From Tubulanus polymorphus (Eukaryota; Animalia; Nemertea): 64,000 bases of DNA. Positions 53,201 through 64,000 of the stretch are shown here, one piece after another. A model generated the notes under the pieces. That model was not told the DNA's origin. It did no database searches and saw only the letters and a list, made by a program, of their open reading frames with translations. Every line of letters begins with the position of its first letter. Position 1 is the stretch's first letter. A program made the translations under genes and the position numbers. The stretch is taken from the NCBI RefSeq assembly GCF_964204645.1, contig NC_134025.1, positions 25,648,299 to 25,712,298 of the forward strand, given 5' to 3'.

Positions 53201-56200
53201 AGCCAAGATAACTAGAGGGTTGTACATCAATAATCAGGAAATGCAGCCAATATATCAACCATTGTACACAGACAGTTACACCACTTAAAGGGCTTTGCCG
53301 GATGGCTAAGGAGCTAATTATTGGCCAACCTTACAGGACGCTGACAGATTATTGTCGCTTCAAGAAAAACACCCTTTAGACAAGAGGTTTATTACAAGCG
53401 ATGACAACATTTTCAAAGATATTGCAGAATATGAAAGTTCGACATCTGAATACCGATTTGATATATCAAAGCCAGCTCTTTATACGTTTTCGGTGTATGG
53501 ATGTAATGTTTGTCGGTGCTGTATAATTGATTAGAAATATTCCGACACAATTTATATGGAAAAAGTTTTCAGCGGAATATCCGCAGAGCAGCCGCGTGAT
53601 CGATGACTCGTGATTTATGCCACCTATCCCGTAACTGGCGACTGATTTATCAGTGAAATTGCTCGCATGATCGAATACAATCTAACAACTACATTTGAAA
53701 TTGTGTCAGCGCAACTGAATTCAATAGAAATCATTAGAAAACGAGTATCATTTTTATGCGCTTCATCTTAATAAGGTATTCGAAGCTGCGCGAGTAATCA
53801 GCACTGACCAATCTGGCAATTGGTATGAAACATGATTTCGCAATTGTTCATCGCATGCAATTCATGCGTAAACAGTCATTGCTGTTGCACTCAGTCTCCG
53901 TAATGTGACGGAGAAAGCCCCGGAAAACCACTCTAGATACCGTTATCGTTATAACTTATCGTCCGGTCAAAATCACGACGACTGGAAAACCTGAATTCTG
54001 CCCAACGTGCTAATCAGGTTCTGACCGGATTTTTTTTCTGTACGGTCCAAAGCATTTAGGGATAAGAACTACTTAGTCCTAGGCAATGATTAACCAATCT
54101 GTATAAGTCAGCGTGCACCTATTCTCGAAAGGTGCACGAAATCACATAGCAATCTCCGAGACTAATTGGTAAGAAAAATGGTTATCGACCCGATAACAGT
54201 TTTCATACATACAAAATTGGTACAGTACATCGATCAGGATCATGCGGTCGGATATCACGAATTGAAACAATCCGTGATTTTTGATACCCTATGCTACCGT
54301 ACAAATTCCTTTTCTCACTGTGCAAAAATAAACGAGGCCTTACTAGAAGAGCTTGATTATGATATATTGTCTAGCCAACTAATGAATCAGCCTTCAAATT
54401 AAACCAGACTCCCTAAACACGGTTGTTTGTATTTCATCTAGCTAACTGAGAAGTCAACAGTAAAATATCGTTACGTCTTATCCGTCAAATTCATCATATT
54501 ATTAATTAAGTCAATGAAATGATAACCTGTTGGTTCATTCGCGCGGTACTATAATTTCGGCGGCGAATTTCTCGAAATTAAATACTGGCAAATACCAATA
54601 CATTCTCGCAACGCAATAAATCATCAGCCGTGTTTAGTCATATCTTCGAAGCCAGGGTTTTTCATCCTGTGACATTAGCGGGAAGTCTCTAAATCTTGCC
54701 ACATAAATAATGCCCGCTGATTACTTCTTAAAATCAGCTAGCTGACAGGTGCCAGGATTACGGTTCCATATTGATGATGATTTAGTGGCCAGGTCTTTTC
54801 ATAGTCAGAAGTAGCGAGATCTGCAGATATGTTATTTCAAAGATTAAGACTGCTTATATTTCCATCTAGATCGATGGTTCCAGTGCGAGCGACTGCAAAC
54901 GCCAATCAACAACTCTCGCACCGTTCAAAGCAGCGATTTTTCTTTTGAAAAAAAATTTGTTCCCAGATTTTTTCATCGGAGAGAATTATTAGAAATGCTA
55001 AAACCTCACGGCATCATCGACTTCACTATTCTAACCAATTTACGACTTCAAAGGCGTTTTTAAAGTTCTTACATACTGTCACCTGAACCGAGGTTGGTTC
55101 CGATATCACCGTCGTAAGGAGGTGTGAAGCACGGAAAACATCGGCGCGGCGTGTTGACTTCCAAATAACAGTCATTTTTACATCAAAGCCGCACTTTGTG
55201 ATGCTAATGATTGCACTGAGAGGAAAGTTGCACGGAAAGACGACACCACTTTAGGCTCCCGGCTCATTTACATTTAAATTATGGCACCGAACGCAATACG
55301 ATACGCGAAGAACATAGATGACGATCATCAAGATCGCGCGGATCAGAACCAAGTTTTATCATCGGCTCAAAATTTGTCAGATTCATGTGCTCGAAAACAA
55401 ATGCAAGGATTAATCTGTCAGATTACTTGCCATTTTATTATGATGGAATTAACATGTCTGACTCAGAGGGTTACCTACCCTAACGAGCCTCAGAAGGCTG
55501 AACCGGTCACTGTGAGGACAAGCTATGTCCACACTACAACCAAGGTGAATTATTAGATTAAGAGGGGTCTTGATTAAATTACTAAGAAATCGCTAAAATT
55601 TGCATTTTGCCAAATTCCGTCACCAGAACTCATCGATTACTTTCTTCAGAAATCGATTTCGATGCGCTGCTATGCCAGCCTGTATCTCACTGCCCCATCA
55701 GTAGTTTGTCAATCATTATAAAAATTAATTTAGTTTATAGGATTTCCGATAGTCAGAGTGACGTATACACTTCATACATTTCATCTCTTATTTCGGCAAT
55801 ATTTGCCGTTGAAGCTAGATATATATTTGAAAAATACAGTTACATAACAGGTGAGTACGCTGCCTAGCGGTGAATCATTGAGGCTCATCTTTGAATAAGC
55901 TGCAATGATGAAACGTTTAATGCACGGGAAATGAGGCACGTGGGGACTAATCTAGTACTACCAGTCACTTAGGGAGTCATTTAATCAATCTTCAACAGAG
56001 AAAAAAAAGATTTTCGTCTGCAACGTAGCGCTTTACAATAAGTTTGAACGACACAAAAACCGATGAAAGATATGTATAAAACAGTGCATTTATTGGAGAC
56101 GAATGGAAAATACATTTTGTTATGGAACTAATTTTTTGTTCACAGTTTCGATGCCCAAAATCATATCTAGTCTATATCCATAGAGAATTTTTAGTTTGAC

Positions 56201-59200
56201 CAGTATATCGCCGGGATAACTCAAATTGCTCATCAACCGCAATAAATCTTTCTTTACTAAACCCATGAATCATGCAGATTTACCGATTACAATTTGTTTG
56301 TTGTAGACGATCCACCCACAGAGATTATCTCTATGATACCAACTAAAACCGAAGCTGTGAATACTGTCGGGTGCATTGTTATGTCCAACTGTCATCAATA
56401 AAAAACTAATGCCAAATATAAGATATCTTGTTTTTGTGAAAACTAATATCAAAGACCAAATTGCAATAGCATATATCGGGGTACGCAAAGTCGATCCGGT
56501 CGTAACATACAGAGGATTATTTATCACACAGCATAAAAACATGGACCGGACACAAAAACAACTAAAACAAATTGCGTCTTGTATTATGTACGCCCTTGGG
56601 AGCTCCGATACATAGTCCATCTTGCAGAACATTGTATATCAGAACACACTGATAGAAACTACAAGGAGCCATATACACTAGCGTAATGTCTGATGGATCC
56701 CTGACAAATAAAATTCAAGAAATGACTCCCGCGACGCTCATGCAATGTCTTATCCAATACTCTATTCATGCCAACATGCAAACGTCTGCAATCACGCACT
56801 GCTCAAAATAACTGATGCCCGTGAAAAGTCATACCTATGCAGAAATCAATGTTATTGTGGAGGTTGACAAGAACTTATTCAGAAAATCTCTATAAATCAA
56901 ATTTACGTGCAAGCCACATTCGTCATTTTTCAATAAAAACAAGGTGTGGAAAGTAATTGTGTGTACGAATAACCAGAGGCAGTACTGTACGGGATACGTA
57001 GAAACCTACCCATCGAGCTCGCTTGTATATAATTATTTGAAAAAAACTTATTGAATAAATAATGTCGGATAAAAATAATATACTATATTTGGGAATATTT
57101 GAAATCTAGTTAGACAATACTGTTTATACTGGTATTAGCGTACTTAGCTCATCATAATGAAACTATGATGAAATATTAACCAGACAAATATTTGGATATT
57201 TTAGTTCATTCCCCTGGATACCCTCAGATGGCTAGGATAATAACAAATAGGCATTTCGATTAAGTACGAGTGCGATAGAAAAACCGAATACGCCCATGAT
57301 GAGATCAAAATATTTCTGGTTTGTTTGTTTTCGACGCATAACTCCATTTGCTGAGACAATAGAATCTAAAAGCATAGCGGTTTCAATGACTTCTCAAACA
57401 ACAAGCTACAAGCTATAACAAAGATAAATGAATTATTTATAATAAATGATTTATTATGATAAATTTTAAGGTACTTACATAAATCTCAAAGTCGATGAAT
57501 TCAAATTGCTACTCAACTTCTCAAATTTGTACCTTCTTCGTGTGTTTAGGTAATAATGATTAGATAATAATTTAGACGACGTATATTTAAATCGATACTC
57601 ATTTTAGCAGAGAAGCTTCGGTTCTCCATCGAATTGTTCTGTTTATGCACCTTGAGTGTTTATTACGCGAACTTAAAAAGCCGGGAATTTTCTGCCGCGA
57701 AATAATTTACCGAAATAATTGAAGTCTTAGGCAGACGTCGTGCCTCTGGTAAGAAATGAACGAGATAATACATGCGCAATCGATAACTGAAAATTAGAAA
57801 ATGACTGCTGAACAAATACTTCAACTTTCCGTCTAACAACAAATTTCAATATTGCCCATCGTAAAATAATTATGTTCCAATCAAATATGTGACTTACTCA
57901 GTTCGCCCGAAGATAATCGTTCACTTTCACCATAAAATATCATATATTAGTCCGACAACTGTTAGTTTTTTTACGCTGCTTTTTGGGTTATTTGTGAAAT
58001 AGGGTATAATGCCTATACGTGCCCCCCGAGATTACCTCATCGATTGCTAACTTGTACAAGAAATGTTTCGATAAAACCAGTTCAAATTACATCAATAGCA
58101 CAATTGCGTTGAATTAATCGCTTGCAGCACGAAATGAAATAAAGAACGCCCAAGGCTTATTTGTGGCAATGATTTCTAAATTGACTTTTGATGGTATCAT
58201 ATAATAATCTTAAACGATTGTAAAAGGTTAAACCACAACAGAGGTAGACAATGCTGAAATAAGTGCTACCATTCACTTAACAATCAAAGTGAAATAACGG
58301 TCGAACGAATGGGTGGGAACTCTACTATGAAAATTTGAGTAATATTTATTTTTGGAAAAATTGTTAAAAGAACTAGAATATTCAGACTACGATAAATTAT
58401 AATGGTTTTTTGTAACTGTTAGATCCATACCTTTTGATCAATGGAAAAAAAACAGTCTTGAAGTCTTGAAACTCATATAGATTAGATAGTAAAATCAATT
58501 GCGAAGGGAGGGACAAATTACATAATGCTGTGAATTACCGGACACCATGATCAATATAGTAAAATACTGAACTCGATGTTATTTGGTTCTAAAAAAGAAT
58601 TGACAGATTATAATATATTTTTTAAAAGTTACGTCTATTTTATTTTTAGCATTTTGTAACAACAATTTTCGCATCGGTTCTGGAAAAGATTTATAGTGTG
58701 AAATAATCGAGTGATGACTTGATCGTTTCATTTCGACGAAACTCGAAGTCTATCTCATTTTCATAAGACCATAAAATCTACTACGCTTGGAGACGTTTAA
58801 ACGAAACCGATCATCAATTCTTGTTCCCGTTGTAGAAACGGCAAACCTGCATTCACAAGATATCGCGACGACTCTAAGCCATCAGCGACACATGACAATA
58901 TAGAGTTGATTCCGCTTGTATTGATTTAAGTCGCGCGCAGTTTCCTCGGTCTCAATATACTTTAACTCGTGATTTCAGTAATGCGACCGAGTTGCCATTT
59001 AGCATCGATGAAGTCGAAATGAAAAAGCCGAGTAAAAGATGTCCAAAGAGACGTATAGGATCACTAGCTCATTCACGAACATCATGCCATGAATTGAAGT
59101 TTAATTTATCCATCCCAGTGGGCGCTTCGACAGTAACAGCGTACAGGAAGAGATCGCTCAATGGACCACGTGTGCCATTCATCATGCCGTGCGGGATAAC

Positions 59201-60759
59201 GTAAGACAGCGCTAAATTTCAGTGAATTCCTAATACCGAACAACCATTAGCAGATGAATCTTTTAAACTTCATCATGTGACATCATCCTGGACGGTAGAA
59301 ACTTTAAACATATAGACACAGATATTAGACAAATATTATGCGACTCGAGAAAAATTTCATTCAACATTTTTTTCTTTAAAACTTATTTTCATCGATCCAT
59401 TGGATGTATTTAAATGGATTCGTACTTCAGACGTTAAGTCACGAGATGCGATTTTCTAGTCCGATGTTTGTTTTAGCAGAAATTTTCATGAATACATGAA
59501 TTGTAAAATGGCAGCTCACTATCGACAACAACACGTTCAAAATACTGCTCAGTTGGTTACTTCACATACAAATAATCAGCCTTGCGTGATTTGCTCATCT
59601 ACTTTTTAGACGTTCAGACGTTCTTTCTTCAGAATGGCGGCTTTTGAATCTTTAGAGCTATGCTTATTCAGATAATATCGCGGTCGAAAAAATTGTAGGA
59701 TCAAGTGACTTGACTACGGAAATAGATTTGACATTCTATACAGAACAACGACGGCGCTAGATAAATTTGACTGAAGATAAAGCGTAGATTTTCTGATTGG
59801 TTTCAGGTTCCCAAGTCAACAGTGCCCCGTAAGCTGCTTAGTGAAGAAAAATACCTTTTCAAAATCTCACTAAAACCAAGCAAAATTGGCTTTAAGAGGC
59901 CATTTGCTATTTATTTCATCGGCATTGTCATTCTTTTTTACGGATAGTATATTCAAAATCCATATATCGAGTAGACATCAGTTGTTCTGGACATATTTCA
60001 TGCCGTTTGTTTAGTAGGATTTGTTCTGTATAAACAGAGATGATGACTTTATGAGATTTGGCAAATAGACACTGGGTAAATTTCAACAAAATTCAATAAA
60101 GACGTAATGATCGCCAGTATCAACACTGGCAGTCGCTAGTGACGTATAGGAAATGCGATTTCTTTCCAATGATTTATTGCAATATGTATACATGAGCAAG
60201 TTCTGATTTCACGCCTTTGTGTCGAATTATGAAAATGACGATTTCCAGCACATAAGAATATTATTTACACCATGTTCGGCAATATGTTGACGTTACCTCC
60301 ATGGTAACTATGAATAAATTACGCATCTCGGAGCGGTATTTCAGAGTATGATCGAATTAAACCAATAATCTGAGTTTGAAAAAAACATACATTATTTTCA
60401 TTCACTATTCATTATTCGTATGCCAGTCGTTTTTTTTATGTGTTTAATTTCACCCTACGGTTTGTTGTTTTAATCCATAATGCTACGCGTTGGCGAAGCT
60501 TCTTCCTAGATATAGCTAGAGTCAATAGGAACGAAGGCGAACAACAAAGCGCGGCTTTTTGTCGATCACTCGCCTGGAAGATTGAGTATGGTACATCGCA
60601 CGCGACGTGGAACAGGATGGCGCATACGAACATAAAGCTCACATCAAGAGATGCGACAACAACAAAAAAATACGACAAACAATCCCATAAACGAACCAAG
60701 ATTCATTCATAAGATACATTATTCAAAGCACTGAATATGGACAATCCGATATGATCACC

Positions 60760-60868
60760 CGTTTCGATAAAAATCTAAAAGAAACTCGGTGATCTTGTAT
60801 GTCATTTTATTTTTGCACGTTTCGATAAAAATTCAAAAGAAACTCGGTGATCTTGTATGTCATTTTTT
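60760..60868. repeat. Tandem duplication, 58-bp period, about 2 copies
   Basis: cgtttcgataaaaat..aaaagaaactcggtgatcttgtatgtcatttt at 60760 and 60818. Confidence 0.9.
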
Positions 60869-63800
60869 TCTACGCAAAGGCTAAAGGTGTGTTGCCATAA
60901 TCAAGCAAATTGAGATATATGATTCTCATACAGCGCGAGTTTCAGACGTAACCTGTGGCAGTAATTCTCTGAATCTTCTCCTGAACATTACCCATAATGA
61001 CCTTTGTTTGTCTAGAAATAATCGTTCTACTGAAGTAGGATGTCTCCCGATGAAAATGTCAATGGTCAATCTCACGTATGATCAAGATACTGTCATTGGG
61101 TTAAATTTCTAGTTCCGAACTAAAAATAATGAGCTTTGATATCAGCGATTAGATACTTCCAAAAGACATACTGAAATGTTATGGATTTCCCTATGTTAGT
61201 TCTGCGTGAGATGGTGTGGCTGAGTTAAACCCATCATGATATAAATGATCGAAAAGCCTTGGAAGAATCACCCCTTGGAGAATGTCCATCCATATCCATC
61301 CTTCCATCTAACTATGTTGATATGATCAATGGACAATGATCACGATATACGCGAAACTACTATCTAACGACATTAGCATCATAAAAGAAGAAACTAATGG
61401 CCAATATCATAGTTATGCATGTATACTGGACAAGACCCATTGATCTCATGCACCGTCTGATAATATATTGAACATTAGAAATGATCTTCCTAGCCCTCGG
61501 ACGGGTCTCCTCTTTCGCTCACTCGAAGGATTTCCGAAAATGCACGCCGAAGACATTTGGATTCGCACACTATTGAGTGCATGCTTTTCAGTTCTTGTAT
61601 GCATCGTCACATTAATGGTTGACACTTTCAATCTGAATCTCTCCACGATAAGCTAGAATATTCTCGATGAATATGATAGCAACATCATCATCCGTATCTG
61701 TTTTCCAATGCACCCAGAACCGAACACATCTATTGTAAGTTGTTTCACAAAGCGTTACTGGTGGCTGAATGCGAGTGTGTGTACCGGGTTCACGCGGATT
61801 CCTTTTCGTTATAAAAGATGATGAATTGAACGAATGCAACAAAACAGATATCGCAAATGACGTCACTAGAAATCCCTAGTGGTGATTTTTGACGAAGTAT
61901 AACTGACTTCATTTTCAATAGGAAGCGGCAATTTTCAGATGTTTTAAACGAAGAGCATTATCTGTAATACTCGGCGTGAATGTCGTCTGTTGGTTGATTG
62001 TCATAAGACTAATGGAAAATCAGTTTCAACGTAACATGAAGAAATCTCACAAGTGTCATTCGAACGTTTCCCCCCTGTACGAAAGTCATCTCATTCCCGC
62101 ATTTATACAACTTCATTCATTGAGTTTCGAAAATGTCACAACGCGCTGCAAACAATCGAAAAAGGCTTTTATACTGCTTCTACGGGTTCTATTTAGTATT
62201 CAGACAAATTCTGTGAATAGAGCTATACTTGGGGAAGTTACTGGTTGTCGTCCAGTCGGAATCGTCGTTAACAATACGAGTTACAGTTTGGCATAACCCC
62301 GTCGATCAGATTTATGGTCACTGACAGTTGATTTCTCATCATCAACACAATATTCCAATACCGAGCAACACATTCCATAAAAGGGCTAAAGATAATAGAT
62401 GGATTTTGTCCAAAGCCGGTGAATGTTACTGTTATTTTGGCTCTTCTAGATGAATCCGTATGATTTTGCATTAAATTGCATGTTACGTGTCACAATCTGT
62501 CTTATTTGTCATATCAATCATATATCCGAAGACCGTAGAAAAGACCTGATTTTCTTTGAATAACGTTTGCTGTTAGCTCATATGATATGAAAATCAACTG
62601 TGATAAAACGCACTTACAGTAGAATCTATTTTTCTATCTACCAGAAAGTACAACTTTTTAAGAGAGCATATTATACGGTTGAAAAGATAAAGACATATTG
62701 CTCTCTAGAATATAAAAGAGTAAAAGTGTGAAATTCATACGATTTATCAGTCCCTGTAGCTATGCCAACTGGATATTCTAGATCTTTAATGCTTTTAAAC
62801 GATTGAATTTGCAGGGAACGTTTTCGATACGCTTAATGCTATAATCAAAACTATTTTTTTTGTTATATTTGCCAGCAGCATGAAAATGATAAATATTTTC
62901 AACTACTCTGCAACTAAAATCGATGGATTCTAGTTTTATACGAAAGTATTTGAACGGAAACAATACAGATTTTTATCGGTGTAAAACTGTTTCGAGGACG
63001 TAATCATTGCCGAAAAAAGTGTTAAGTATTTTCTAAGAGTCGACGAGAAGTTGAAATCTTGATCTTTCACGGGCGAAAGACGGGCGCATGGCGCAAAAAT
63101 CTCCATGGAAACTCCGCATCGTTGAATCGGTAGCATCCAATAAAAGAAGACTAAATTCCGCTAAGTCTTCGCTAATCATTGATGCATGGTGTACCCGATG
63201 AATTAGCGCGACAGGTGAATTGTTTCATTAAGTCATTAATTCCTTTTGTCTCCGCGATGCTTAACTGGAATCATTGCCGATGATAAACGACGTTACGGTG
63301 CGCACGCTGATGTAATTTTAATTACGCAAAAAACACAGTCACATCGCCCTCATTTCGAAGAATACAGTCGTGTTCGAGTAGAACAGTCACCGAAAAACTA
63401 TCTAACAAAATCATCAATCAGGATTTTACATGAATGATTGCAAAATGTTCACAGACGATGAAACGAGAACAGTTCAATGAAACGATATACGCCGTATTCA
63501 AATTCTAGCAACGGCAGCAATATTGGATTAAATAAAGTAAACACTGGCTCTGAATCAGGAAGAGTAATTGAATTTTACAATGTTTGGCGGGGCAGTTAAT
63601 ACTAGTCCTTGATTTATCGCTTTTTTTAACATAAAATATGTCACGATCAATACGGTTACGAACGCAGCAGCAGCAGGGTGCTACGCATGCACGCGAGGAC
63701 CAGCTTGCATTTCTGACTTCGGAGCGAAACTTTTTTTTCGAATCGAAATATAGATGAATAGCGCGCATCACGCCCCGCTAGTGTTTCATATTCTAGAGCA

Positions 63801-64000
63801 ATACCCAGAAATGTATAACACCCAAAATTCATCGACCGTTTGATTTTCAAAAAGAAAATGAACATTTGATAAATCCAAAATTGAATTCATATCGATCTCC
63901 AAGCGAAAATGCCTGGCATTTGCGAGAGATGATAGTTCTCTAGTCATTCCTGTCGTGATGGTTGGAAGTTATTTATGTGACTACCGGCCATATCTCGGAC

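Noticed and set aside
38261-64000. Many 60-120 aa ORFs and a search for neurexin LNS1/EGF1 exons
   Set aside because: No recognisable domains or consistent splice-bounded frames; treated as intron, though small exons could have been missed.

Overview
AT-rich animal (invertebrate-like) genomic DNA, mostly intronic. (1) Four coding exons of an alpha-neurexin gene lie on the minus strand (38260-38114, 37620-37454, 35949-35791, 29418-28629), covering LNS2, LNS3 and EGF2. I found no flanking exons, so long introns probably run off both ends of the window. (2) A complete-looking 9,741-bp CACTA/EnSpm (CMC) DNA transposon sits at 4922-14662, antisense to neurexin. It has perfect 20-bp TIRs, a TA target duplication, GAAC/GTTC subterminal arrays and an intact intronless 843-aa C2H2-zinc-finger DDE transposase. 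It also carries a second gene that the ORF track misses and that I reconstructed by hand: 15 coding exons, about 633 aa. The predicted protein has an N-terminal CIDE-N (CAD/DFF)-like domain, SAMD3-like motifs and a tandem array of six duplicated symmetric exons. A GTAAGT donor directly before the transposase ATG suggests splicing switches between the two products. Several small non-autonomous elements are nested in non-coding parts of the transposon. Most other short ORFs in the track look spurious. All domain calls are by-eye motif recognition, not database searches.
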